Source of the DNA: Burkholderiales bacterium
GTDB lineage: Bacteria; Pseudomonadota; Gammaproteobacteria; Burkholderiales; JAHFRG01
DNA: 64,000 nucleotides
Reading direction: 5' to 3'
Assembly (NCBI GenBank): GCA_035543335.1
Contig: DASZZH010000036.1
Span: 10,528 to 74,527, forward strand
Part shown: positions 17,608-26,596 of the stretch, piece by piece
Layout of the letters: each line of letters starts with the position of its first letter
Numbering within the stretch: position 1 is the first letter of the stretch
Program-made: the position numbers and the translations under genes
The notes under the pieces: generated by a model
Told to the model about the DNA's origin: nothing
Seen by the model: only the letters and a program-made list of their open reading frames with translations
Databases searched by the model: none

Positions 17608-18421
17608 TCACGCCGTCAAGACCAACGTGGTTGATGGCATAAGTCGTTTGCCGGCGGACGATGGGCTGGGCGTGGTAAGCGATGCTGACACCGGCCTGCG
17701 CCATCATCTTGAGATCGTTGGCGCCGTCGCCGAGGGCGACGACCTGCTCCCTCTTCAATCCCAGCTGCATCCGGATCTCTTCCACTTTGACTGCCTTGGT
17801 TTCGGCGTCAATAATTTCCCCCGCCACCTTGCCGCTCAGTTTGCCGTTGACGATTTCCAGCGCGTTGGCGCAGGTGTAATCGAGGTTCAGACGGTTTTTC
17901 AACCGGTCGGTGAAAAAAGTGAAGCCGCTGGAGATTAACAGCGTTTTGACGCCGGCCGCTTTCAATCCGGCGAGCATTTTTTCCGCGCCGGGGGAAAGCT
18001 GCAGGCGCTCGTCGTAAACCTGTTGCAGGGCGGATTCATCGAGCCCGGCGAGCAGGGTGACGCGGCGGCGCATGCTTTCCGTGAACTCAATTTCGCCGCG
18101 CACCGAGCTCGCAGTGATTTGCGAGACTTCCGCCTTGATGCCCCGCATGTCGGCGAGTTCGTCAACGCATTCGATGGCAATCAGCGTCGAGTCCATGTCC
18201 ATCGCCAGCAGTCCGAAGCCGGAGAGCTTGAGGTTTTCAGGTACGAAAGCAAAATCAAGCTTCGCCTTCTCGCAGTATTCGGCCACTCTGTCGTGCACCT
18301 GCGCTTCACGCAAACGAAACGCTTCATGGGTTATTTGCTCGATGCGCGATGCGCCGGCAAGCTTTGCCAATTGCCTGAGATCACGGTTTTCGATCTCGCT
18401 GCCCTGAATGATGAGATTCAT
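17591..18421 (-). CDS. serB: phosphoserine phosphatase SerB
   Basis: HAD motifs LLAMDMDSTLI, ISSGFTFF and GDGANDLKMM. 276 aa. The 3' end overlaps the convergent 17122-17607 gene by 17 nt. Confidence 0.92.
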   Translation of the reverse strand: MNLIIQGSEIENRDLRQLAKLAGASRIEQITHEAFRLREAQVHDRVAEYCEKAKLDFAFVPENLKLSGFGLLAMDMDSTLIAIECVDELADMRGIKAEVSQITASSVRGEIEFTESMRRRVTLLAGLDESALQQVYDERLQLSPGAEKMLAGLKAAGVKTLLISSGFTFFTDRLKNRLNLDYTCANALEIVNGKLSGKVAGEIIDAETKAVKVEEIRMQLGLKREQVVALGDGANDLKMMAQAGVSIAYHAQPIVRRQTTYAINHVGLDGVTNLFA

Positions 18422-18618
18422 GAGGTGAGCCGCAAAGCAAAGGCGCGATTATTGCGGAAGGCGGCTGACATCCGCGACTCAAGCGCCCCCGGTTACGCAC
18501 CAGCTGCCGGGACTGATTAGGCCACCGTGATGATTATGATGTCCAACGTTCCGGTTCAGCGTTCGACGCAGTCGGTGGACTCCTACCGGTTAGTAGGTTC
18601 GTAACCTTTACAAGAGCC

Positions 18619-18897
18619 TTATCCTCTCTTGTACGTAATCTTTTTGGTTCCGCCATCGCAACTACCGACTACTTTTTCGTCCTTCACATCTTCATTCGGA
18701 ACGATTCCCAGAGAATAAGTCTCAACACCCTTAGCTTGAAGCTTCGCATCAATCTCAGACTTCAGCTCTTCGCAAGGCTTCCGAGTCATGACCGGTGCAT
18801 TAGCTTTGGTCTCCTCTTGGGCTGATGCAACATTGCTCAATGAGAAACAAACCAATAAAGAAGTAAGTAGTAGTGGAATTTTGTGTTGGTGTGACAT
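18619..18897 (-). CDS. DUF1161-family small periplasmic protein
   Basis: 92 aa with a signal peptide, CEELKSEIDAKLQAKGV...VVGSCDGGTKKITYKRG. AT-richer than its surroundings. Confidence 0.7.
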   Translation of the reverse strand: MSHQHKIPLLLTSLLVCFSLSNVASAQEETKANAPVMTRKPCEELKSEIDAKLQAKGVETYSLGIVPNEDVKDEKVVGSCDGGTKKITYKRG

Positions 18898-19086
18898 AAA
18901 ATCTCCTTTTTAGGTTGAAGTAAAAATAATGCTCACTAACAGAGGACCTGATAAACGCAATCGGTATCCTCTAAGCTGCCAAGTCACACCCGGAAATGGG
19001 CGCGACGGCTTTTAACACAGCACCCGCAAATTACAATTATCATACCCCGCTTTTCCTAGTCTTGTCGTCAATCCCTTCTGTGATCA

Positions 19087-22000
19087 TTAGCTCAATTCGC
19101 TGAATACTTCCCTTATTGCCGCAACGCGTGCCTTGACGTCCGGCAACTCGGCTTCGATGCGCAACCGGTCCGGGCCGCTCAGGCGGTAATTGCGTTTCTG
19201 CTGCATGAGCCTGATAATTTTGACGGCATCTACCGGAGGCTTGGGAACGAACTGCAATTGAATGACTGAGTCAGTGGCGTCAATGCGCGAAATGCCGAGC
19301 GGTTTTCCGAGGATGCGCAGGCGGTGAGTGTCGAGCAAGACTTTCGCCGGTTGCGGCGGTGAGCCGAAGCGGTCCACCAGTTCCTCGTGCATCAATTCCA
19401 GTTCTTCCAGCGTTTCGCAGTTGGCGAGCCGCTTGTAAAGCACCAGACGCTCGTGGATGTCGTTGCAATAGTGCTCAGGCAGCAGCGCCGGCGCATGCAG
19501 ATTGATTTCAGTGGTCACACCCAAGGGTTGCGAAAGATCAGGCTCTTTTCCGTTCTTGAGTGATTTCACTGCGGCGCCCAGCATCTGGTTGTAGAGATTG
19601 AAACCCACTTCCTGCATTTCTCCACTTTGCGCTTCGCCCAAAATCTCACCCGCGCCGCGTATCTCCAAATCGTGCATCGCGAGGTAAAAGCCCGAGCCCA
19701 GCTCCTCCATCATCTGGATAGCTTCCAGCCGCTTTCTCGCCTGTGTGCCTATCGCTTCTTCATCCGGCGTCAGAAGATAGGCATACGCCTGGTGGTGCGA
19801 ACGGCCGACGCGCCCGCGCAATTGATGCAGCTGCGCCAGACCAAGTTTATCGGGGCGGTTGATAATCATGGTATTGGCGGTGGGAATATCAATCCCGGTC
19901 TCGATGATAGTCGTGCAAAGCAGCACGTTGAAACGCTGCTGATAAAAATCGCGCATCACGTGCTCGAGATCGCGCTCGCGCATCTGCCCGTGGGCGAAAT
20001 GGATGCGCGCCTCGGGCAGGAGCTTCACCAGTTTCTCGTGCATGGTTTCAATCGTGTCGATATCGTTATGCAGGAAATACACTTGGCCGCCGCGCTTGAG
20101 CTCGCGCAGCGCCGCTTCGCGGATGATACCCTGGCTGTAAGGCGTGACAAAAGTTTTAATCGCCAGCCGCCGTTCGGGCGCGGTGGTAATCACCGAAAAA
20201 TCACGCAGGCCTTCGAGCGACAAAGCCAGCGTGCGCGGGATCGGTGTCGCGGTTAAAGTCAGCACGTCCACTTCAGCGCGAAGTGCTTTCAACCTTTCTT
20301 TCTGCCGCACGCCGAAGCGGTGCTCTTCGTCAATGATGACGAGACCCAGGCGCTTGAACTTCACGCCTTTCTGGATCAGCTTGTGGGTGCCTATCACGAT
20401 ATCTATTTTGCCCTCGGCCAATCCCTGCAGTGTTAGCGTTTGTTCCTTTCCCGAGCGGAAGCGCGACAGCTCGGCGATTTTCACCGGCCAGTCGGCAAAG
20501 CGGTCGGAGAAATTCTGGAAATGCTGCTCGACAAGCAGCGTGGTGGGCACCAGCACCGCCACCTGCTTGCCGTCCATCATGGCGATGAATGCCGCGCGCA
20601 GCGCGACTTCGGTCTTGCCGAATCCGACGTCGCCGCAAATCAACCTGTCCATCGGCTTGCCTTTGGTCAAATCCTCGATCACGGACTGGATGGCTGCCGC
20701 CTGGTCTCGCGTTTCCTCGAAGCCGAAGCCGTCAACGAACGCTTCATAGTCATGCGGCTGGAAGCCGAAAGCATGACCCTGGCGCGAAGCGCGCTGCGCG
20801 TAAAGATTCAAAAGCTCGGCTGCGGTGTCGCGCACCTGGCGCATGGCTTTTTTCTTAGCTTTGTCCCACTGCCCGCTGCCCAGCTTGTGCAAAGGCGCGG
20901 CTTCCGGCGCTGCGCCGCTGTAGCGGCTGATGAGCGAGAGTTGCGACACCGGCACATAGAGCTTGTCTTTTTCCGCGTATTCCAGCGCCAGGAATTCAGT
21001 CGTGCCTTCGCCCATATCCAGATTCATCAATCCCAGATAGCGGCCGATGCCGTGGCTTTCGTGCACTACCGGATCGCCAATGCGGATTTCGCTCAGGTCG
21101 CGCAGCATTCCTTCAGCGGAGGTTTTGCGCGCGGCTTCGCGCCGGTCACGCCGGCGCACTTGCGCCGCGTAGAGCTCGCTTTCGGTAATGATGGCAACGC
21201 GTTCATCCTCAAGAATGAAGCCGTTTTGCAGCGGCGAAGCGCACAGCATCACGCGCTCTGAGCTTTGCCTGAACGCATTAAAGCTTTCGCACAGGGCGGG
21301 TTTGAGTCCGTATTCGTTAAAATATTCATGCACGATTTCGCGGCGCCCCAGGCTTTCTGCCAGCAGCAGGACGCGGCCATCGAAATCCTGGAGAAACCCG
21401 AAAAGCTTGTTCAGTGGATTTTCCGCGCGGCGGTCAATGGCAACCGCCGGCAGGGAAGCAACCGCGCATTGAACGGCGCCGGTATTTTCCTCGATTGCAA
21501 TTTCAATCCGCGGGTGCGCCTTGCAGCCGGAGAAGAACCGGTCAACGCTCAAAAACAAGTCCTGCGGCGGCAACAGCGGGCGGTTGCGGTCGCCGCGCAA
21601 AAGCTGGTAGCGCGACTGCGTGTCGTGCCAGAAGTTTTCCATGGCGCGCAGGACGTCGCGGTGCAGGCAAAGCGCGGCCGATTCGGGAAGGAAATCAAAA
21701 AGCGTCGCGGTTTCCTTGAAAAACAGCGGCAGGTAATACTCGATACCCGCGGGCGCCAGGCCCTGGCTGACATCTTTATATAGCCGGCTTTTCGAGGGAT
21801 CGCCTTCGAAGCGCTCACGGAAATTCACGCGGAAGCGCTCCTGGCCTTTTTCATCCAGCGGAAATTCGCGCGCCGGCAGCAGACGGATTTCCTTCACCGG
21901 ATAAACGCTGCGCTGGGTATCCGCGTCAAAGGTGCGGATGCTCTCGACTTCGTCATCGAGCAGGTCGATACGGTAGGGCAGGGGACTGCCCATCGGAAAC

Positions 22001-22503
22001 AGATCGATCAGCCCGCCGCGCACGCAGTATTCACCGGGCGCCAGTACCTGGCTGACATGCGTGTAACCGGCGAGCGTGAGCTGGCTGCGCAGAGTCTCGG
22101 CTTTCAGTCTTTCACCTTGCTTGATGAAAAAAGTGTAGGCGGCGAGATAAGAAGGCGGCGGCAGGCGGTAAAGCGCGGTGGTCACCGGAATGATGGCGAC
22201 ATCGCAGTCGTTGTGCGTGATGTGATACAGCGTGGCGAGGCGCTCGGAAACCAGGTCCTGGTGCGGCGAGAAGCTGTCGTAGGGCAGCGTTTCCCAGTCG
22301 GGCAGCAGATTAACCTTCAGCTTGGGCGCAAAATAGGGAATTTCCTCGAGCAGCCGCTGCGCGTCTTGCGCGGTTTCGGTGATGATGATGAGAGGCTTAT
22401 GCTTTTCGGCAAATTGAGACAAAGCGAGGGCATCGCTTGAGCCGTGCAATCCGGCGTAGCGTACTTTTTGCCCTGGAAGCGGCGGGGCTTGGTCGAACAG
22501 CAT
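19087..22503 (-). CDS. mfd: transcription-repair coupling factor Mfd
   Basis: CarD-like IGDPVVHESHGIGRY, helicase motifs GDVGFGKTEVA and DEEHRFG, TRG motif region. Start trimmed to M15 (MLFDQAPPLPGQ) of ORF 19087..22545. Confidence 0.96.
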   Translation of the reverse strand: MLFDQAPPLPGQKVRYAGLHGSSDALALSQFAEKHKPLIIITETAQDAQRLLEEIPYFAPKLKVNLLPDWETLPYDSFSPHQDLVSERLATLYHITHNDCDVAIIPVTTALYRLPPPSYLAAYTFFIKQGERLKAETLRSQLTLAGYTHVSQVLAPGEYCVRGGLIDLFPMGSPLPYRIDLLDDEVESIRTFDADTQRSVYPVKEIRLLPAREFPLDEKGQERFRVNFRERFEGDPSKSRLYKDVSQGLAPAGIEYYLPLFFKETATLFDFLPESAALCLHRDVLRAMENFWHDTQSRYQLLRGDRNRPLLPPQDLFLSVDRFFSGCKAHPRIEIAIEENTGAVQCAVASLPAVAIDRRAENPLNKLFGFLQDFDGRVLLLAESLGRREIVHEYFNEYGLKPALCESFNAFRQSSERVMLCASPLQNGFILEDERVAIITESELYAAQVRRRDRREAARKTSAEGMLRDLSEIRIGDPVVHESHGIGRYLGLMNLDMGEGTTEFLALEYAEKDKLYVPVSQLSLISRYSGAAPEAAPLHKLGSGQWDKAKKKAMRQVRDTAAELLNLYAQRASRQGHAFGFQPHDYEAFVDGFGFEETRDQAAAIQSVIEDLTKGKPMDRLICGDVGFGKTEVALRAAFIAMMDGKQVAVLVPTTLLVEQHFQNFSDRFADWPVKIAELSRFRSGKEQTLTLQGLAEGKIDIVIGTHKLIQKGVKFKRLGLVIIDEEHRFGVRQKERLKALRAEVDVLTLTATPIPRTLALSLEGLRDFSVITTAPERRLAIKTFVTPYSQGIIREAALRELKRGGQVYFLHNDIDTIETMHEKLVKLLPEARIHFAHGQMRERDLEHVMRDFYQQRFNVLLCTTIIETGIDIPTANTMIINRPDKLGLAQLHQLRGRVGRSHHQAYAYLLTPDEEAIGTQARKRLEAIQMMEELGSGFYLAMHDLEIRGAGEILGEAQSGEMQEVGFNLYNQMLGAAVKSLKNGKEPDLSQPLGVTTEINLHAPALLPEHYCNDIHERLVLYKRLANCETLEELELMHEELVDRFGSPPQPAKVLLDTHRLRILGKPLGISRIDATDSVIQLQFVPKPPVDAVKIIRLMQQKRNYRLSGPDRLRIEAELPDVKARVAAIREVFSELS

Positions 22504-22588
22504 AAAAAGCGAGCTATTATAAGGTAAAACCGTTCCCAGCCTCATACTTGCGGATTGGGGGAGTAATAGGTCAGTTTGTTTGGAAAAG

Positions 22589-22684
22589 CCGTTCGCCCTG
22601 AGCTGTGAGCTTGTCGAACAGTCGAAGGGGAACGGCCGTTCATGGTTCGATGCTTCGACAAGCTCAGCATCACCACGAACGGCT
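22589..22684. repeat. 96-bp REP-like palindromic element
   Basis: Arms gccgttcgccctgagctgtgagcttgtcgaa (22589-22619) and ttcgacaagctcagcatcaccacgaacggc (22654-22684), with the central palindrome gaacggccgttc. It translates to the SLSKH / FDKLR-type pseudo-peptides typical of a widespread GC-rich REP family. Confidence 0.7.
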
Positions 22685-22706
22685 CACTATTAACCAAGGA
22701 GATATT

Positions 22707-23351
22707 TTGTTTCACGACCGTCTCAATGCCGCCGCCAGGCTTGTGGAAAAGCTTTCCGCCTACCGCGGCAAGAACCCGCTGGTGCTGGCGATTCCGCGCG
22801 GCGCGGTGCTGATGGCCAAGCGCATCGCCGACGAGCTCGGGGGTGAAGTGGACGTGGTGCTGGTGCGCAAAATCGGTGCGCCCTACAACCCGGAGTTCGC
22901 CATCGGCGCGGTGGACGAGAGCGGCAATTTTTTTGTCACCCAAGACGCGGTTTTGATCGGCGCGAACGAAGATTACATCGAGCAGGAAAAGCAAAAGCAG
23001 CTTGAGATTATGCGGCAACGCCGCGCGCAATATACGCCGCTGCGCGAACCGATTGATCCTACCGGACGCATCGTCATCGTGGTGGACGATGGGCTTGCCA
23101 CCGGCTCCACCATGATTGCCGCGCTACGCGCTTTAAAGCAGAGCAATCCGGCAAAACTCATCTGTGCAGTGCCGGTCGCGCCGCCCGACACGCTGGGAAA
23201 AGTGGGACTTTATGCCGATGAAGTGGTGTGCGTGCACGCCACGCACGATTTTTTCGCCGTGGGGCAGTTCTATGCAAATTTTCCCCAAGTCAGCGACGAA
23301 GAAGTGGTGGCGATTTTGCTGGAAAGTGCCGGTACAAACAAACCGGCGTGA
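22707..23351 (+). CDS. phosphoribosyltransferase-family protein
   Basis: TTG start 5 nt after AAGGAG gives MFHDRLNAAARLVEKL.... PRPP-binding loop IVIVVDDGLATGSTM. The ORF extension back to 22605 runs through the REP element. Confidence 0.85.
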   Translation: MFHDRLNAAARLVEKLSAYRGKNPLVLAIPRGAVLMAKRIADELGGEVDVVLVRKIGAPYNPEFAIGAVDESGNFFVTQDAVLIGANEDYIEQEKQKQLEIMRQRRAQYTPLREPIDPTGRIVIVVDDGLATGSTMIAALRALKQSNPAKLICAVPVAPPDTLGKVGLYADEVVCVHATHDFFAVGQFYANFPQVSDEEVVAILLESAGTNKPA

Positions 23352-23353
23352 GC

Positions 23354-23409
23354 TTACGCAACGAACCTGCAATACGCACGGGCATGCGCTTTCTCACGAA
23401 CTAGTCGGT
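23354..23409 (-). repeat. decayed duplicate of the last ~18 codons plus stop of the AmmeMemoRadiSam radical-SAM gene
   Basis: 23361-23409 versus 24071-24119 gives 41/49 identities. The reverse translation ..FVRKRMPVRIAGSLR* compares with the genuine C-terminus ..QFGRKRIPVRIAGSSA*. Confidence 0.75.
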
Positions 23410-23459
23410 TTTCATTAACCAACTTGAAATGTGTATCGTTATGCTATACACTATAGTCA

Positions 23460-23738
23460 GTGATCCGATCATTCCGGCATAAAGGTCTTGAAACCTTCTT
23501 CAGGTCGGGGAGTAAAGCGGGTATTCAGCCGACTCACGCCAAGCGATTGCGGCTGCAACTTTCTGCGTTAGACGCAGCCGTCGGTCCGCGGAGCATGAAT
23601 CTGCCGGGCTGGAAGCTGCATCGGCTCTCAGGTGATCTGGCAGGCCACTGGTCAGTGTGGGTGAGCGGGAACTGGCGGCTTATGTTCCGATTCGAGGGCC
23701 AAGATGCAGTTTTGGTGGACTATCAGGATTATCACTAG
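23460..23738 (+). CDS. higB: type II toxin HigB (RelE/ParE superfamily, 'plasmid maintenance system killer')
   Basis: GTG start. IRSFRHKGLETFFRSGSKAGIQPTHAKRLRLQLSALDAA...WKLHRLSGDLAGHWSVWVSGNWRLMFRFEGQDAVLVDYQDYH is the typical HigB pattern. Confidence 0.9.
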   Translation: MIRSFRHKGLETFFRSGSKAGIQPTHAKRLRLQLSALDAAVGPRSMNLPGWKLHRLSGDLAGHWSVWVSGNWRLMFRFEGQDAVLVDYQDYH

Positions 23739-23748
23739 GAGTTAAGCC

Positions 23749-24048
23749 ATGACGAGAATGCACAAGCCGGCCCATCCTGGGGAAGTATTGAAGGACGGTG
23801 TTTTCGAAAACGCAAAGGTGTCGGTAACGGACGCCGCGAGGGCCTTGGGTGTCACGCGGGTGTCGTTGTCACGGGTGTTGAATGGCAAAGCGGGTGTCAG
23901 CGCACAAATGGCGGTGCGGCTGGGGAAGTGGCTTGGCACCGGTTCCGAAGTGTGGATCAACATGCAGGCACAGTATGACCTGTGGCGAGCCGAGCAGGCG
24001 CTGAAGCGCCAAGTGGTGAAAATTACGCCACTCAAGAAGGCGGCGTAG
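23749..24048 (+). CDS. higA: HigA antitoxin (XRE-family HTH)
   Basis: HPGEVLKD...VSVTDAARALGVTRVSLSRVLNGKAGVSAQMAVRLGKWLGTGSEVWINMQAQYDLW. The AGGAG RBS overlaps the higB stop. Confidence 0.9.
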   Translation: MTRMHKPAHPGEVLKDGVFENAKVSVTDAARALGVTRVSLSRVLNGKAGVSAQMAVRLGKWLGTGSEVWINMQAQYDLWRAEQALKRQVVKITPLKKAA

Positions 24049-24062
24049 TGGCTACATTGCGT

Positions 24063-25145
24063 TCAGGCGGACGAACCTGCGATTCGCACCGGTATGCGCT
24101 TTCTTCCGAACTGGCCGGTGAATTTTTCAAAGCGCCCGTTGATTGACGTGCCGCAATCAGGACAGCGGCCCTGCGGCGTCACGCGGTATTTGAGAATGTT
24201 GTGCCAGTCGCGCACGATGAGTGTAGCTCGGCACGATGGACAGTAAGTGGTTCCGCCCTCGGTGTCGAACACGTTTCCCGTATAAACATATTGCAGGCCT
24301 TCGTTGAGCGCAATGTCGCGCGCGCGGGTGAGCGTCGCAGGCGGCGTCGGCGGCACGTCGAGCATCTTGAAGTCGGGATGAAATGCCGTGAAATGCAGCG
24401 GCACATCGGTGCCGACTTCTTTCGCCAGCCATTTGCATTCGGCGGTGATTTCCTTATCCGAATCATTCTTGCCGGGAATGAGCAGCGTGGTGATTTCAAA
24501 CCACACATCCGTTTCGTGCTTCAAATAAACGAGGGTGTCGAGCACCGGCTGCAAGTCAGCGCTGCAAAGCTTGGCGTAGAATTCCTGCGTAAATCCCTTG
24601 AGGTCCACGTTGGCTGCGTCCATGTGCGCGTAAAATTCGCGCCGCGGCTGATCGTGCATGTAACCGGCGGTGACCGCCACCGCCTGGATGCCTTGCTCGC
24701 GGCAGGCATCGGCAATGTCCATCGCGTACTCGGCGAAAATCACCGGATCGTTGTAGGTGAACGCTACGCCCTTGCAGCCGAGGCGCACGGCGGAATCGGC
24801 AATCTGCTCCGGCGAGGCGGCATCGGCGAGGCGATCCATGTCGCGCGACTTGCTGATGTCCCAGTTCTGGCAGAAGCGGCAGTGCAGATTGCAGCCCGCG
24901 GTGCCGAAAGAGAGGAGGCTCGAGCCGGGATAAAAATGATTGAGCGGCTTTTTCTCCACCGGATCGATGCAGAAGCCCGAAGAGCGCCCATAAGTGGTGA
25001 GCACCATCTGGTCGCCTTCGCGTTGCCGCACGAAACAGGCGCCGCGCTGGCCTTCATGCAGCCTGCAATCGCGCGGGCAGAGATCGCACTGGATGCGTCC
25101 ATCCTCGATAAAATGCCAGTAACGGCCCGGATAGTTGGAACTCAT
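24063..25145 (-). CDS. amrS: AmmeMemoRadiSam system radical SAM enzyme
   Basis: CNLHCRFCQNW CxxxCxxC motif, plus an N-terminal Cys cluster CDLCPRDC...GACFVR. Start trimmed to MSSNYPGRYWH. ATGA overlap with the upstream AMMECR1 gene. Confidence 0.9.
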   Translation of the reverse strand: MSSNYPGRYWHFIEDGRIQCDLCPRDCRLHEGQRGACFVRQREGDQMVLTTYGRSSGFCIDPVEKKPLNHFYPGSSLLSFGTAGCNLHCRFCQNWDISKSRDMDRLADAASPEQIADSAVRLGCKGVAFTYNDPVIFAEYAMDIADACREQGIQAVAVTAGYMHDQPRREFYAHMDAANVDLKGFTQEFYAKLCSADLQPVLDTLVYLKHETDVWFEITTLLIPGKNDSDKEITAECKWLAKEVGTDVPLHFTAFHPDFKMLDVPPTPPATLTRARDIALNEGLQYVYTGNVFDTEGGTTYCPSCRATLIVRDWHNILKYRVTPQGRCPDCGTSINGRFEKFTGQFGRKRIPVRIAGSSA

Positions 25146-25702
25146 GACAGCGCTTCCTGCAAATCCCACTCCCGCCATTTTTCTACCGTGTAGCGGTAGA
25201 GCCGGATGCCTTCGTCCCAGAAGTTGTCTTTCAAACCGGCTTTGAGCTTGAGTTCATTCATGAACGTGGCGGGCTCGGCGAGTTTGTCCCAAACCTGCGG
25301 CAGGAAAGTTGCCCGATGATTCGCATATTGCAGAATCACGCCGTCTACGCCCGGGCATAAGTGCTTGAGCGCATCATCTTCACCGGCAAAGTAAATAGGT
25401 GTGGCTGCGGATAAAAGTGAGATTTCAATGCGGGTCTCGTCCAGCTCGTCGAGTGTGAGCGGCGGAAAGCGCGGCTCGCGAAATGCTGCGTAGATAGCGT
25501 TCTCTTTCACGTCTTCGAGGAGCGGCCGATAGGCTTCGAGCGTGCCGATGCAGCCGCGCAATTGCCGATTGAGCATGAGCGTGACAAAACAGGCCTGTTT
25601 TTCTTTCAGCCAGGGCACGTCCTCGGGCGCGCTGGCGTTGCGCCCCAGCTCGCGGGAGATGGCGGCGCGGGCAATAAACAGCAAGACTTCGCCACGGGTC
25701 AT
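25142..25702 (-). CDS. amrA: AMMECR1-domain protein (AmmeMemoRadiSam system protein A)
   Basis: ACFVTL...LRGCIGTLEAYRPL...HRATFLPQVW. Start trimmed to MTRGEVLL. ATGA overlaps on both sides. Confidence 0.9.
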   Translation of the reverse strand: MTRGEVLLFIARAAISRELGRNASAPEDVPWLKEKQACFVTLMLNRQLRGCIGTLEAYRPLLEDVKENAIYAAFREPRFPPLTLDELDETRIEISLLSAATPIYFAGEDDALKHLCPGVDGVILQYANHRATFLPQVWDKLAEPATFMNELKLKAGLKDNFWDEGIRLYRYTVEKWREWDLQEALS

Positions 25703-26502
25703 GACGGCGCTCCCTCGGTGAAAGCTAACGAAGCATAGCCCACCACGCGGTTTTTGTCGCCGGCGGTGTCGCCGGAATTGCGCGCATCGAGCAGACGGGG
25801 GGTGAGCGCACGGCGGCGCGCGGCGCACAGAAAACCGTTCACCGGCATGCAACCGCAGGCCTGCTCCGGCGTGAGCGCGCCGCGCAGGGCGAGAATCGCG
25901 CTCACGGTATCCTGGTCCGCTTGTTGCGCGGCGCCGTAAGGCAAGTAATGTGAAAGGTCGGAGCTGATAACGACCAACGTTTCCTTCCCGCCCCAGAGCA
26001 TTTCCAGCACTTGCGCCACGTCCTCGGACGCCGCATCGCCGACGACCAGCGGAACCAGGCTGAAATCACCCAGCAGTTTTTGCAGGAAAGGCAGATGCAC
26101 TTCGAGCGAATGCTCCAGGCGGTGCGCCTCATCGCCCTCCACGACTTGCGGCAGCGCGCGGATTTGCCGCATCGCCTCGGCGTCGAGCGGCACCGTCCCG
26201 AGAGGCGTGGCAAAGCGTACCGCCGACGGTAACGCCAGCCCTTCGACATAAACGCGGTGGGCGGGGCCCAGCAGCACGACTCGCCGGATGCCGCCGCATA
26301 AGCCTTTGAGCCGTGCGTAAGCGCTGGCGGCGACGGGTCCGGAATAAATGTAGCCGGCGTGCGGCGCAATCAGCGCTTTGGGCAGCTCGGCTTGCCCGTC
26401 AAGCTCGACGCTCTCCAGCAACGCGGCAACGGTTGCGGAAAGCTCGGAAGCTTGCCGGGGGTAAAAGCTACCGGCGACGGCAGGGGAGCGGACGCGGTTC
26501 AT
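25699..26502 (-). CDS. amrB: MEMO1-family protein (AmmeMemoRadiSam system protein B)
   Basis: RSPAVAGSFYP...IAPHAGYIYSG...HSLEVHLPFLQ...SSDLSHY motifs of the Memo/dioxygenase-like fold. Confidence 0.9.
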   Translation of the reverse strand: MNRVRSPAVAGSFYPRQASELSATVAALLESVELDGQAELPKALIAPHAGYIYSGPVAASAYARLKGLCGGIRRVVLLGPAHRVYVEGLALPSAVRFATPLGTVPLDAEAMRQIRALPQVVEGDEAHRLEHSLEVHLPFLQKLLGDFSLVPLVVGDAASEDVAQVLEMLWGGKETLVVISSDLSHYLPYGAAQQADQDTVSAILALRGALTPEQACGCMPVNGFLCAARRRALTPRLLDARNSGDTAGDKNRVVGYASLAFTEGAPS

Positions 26503-26596
26503 ATCCGGTTAGACCACTCAAACACAATATAAATCTAGCACATGGCTTGCGCAATTTCTTGCTCTAGGTGCGTGTAAAACGCGATAATTCAACTTT

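Noticed and set aside
22605-22706. N-terminal 34-codon extension of the phosphoribosyltransferase ORF
   Set aside because: The extension is the translation of the REP-like palindrome. A TTG start with a well-spaced AAGGAG at 22707 gives the family-typical MFHDRL.. N-terminus.
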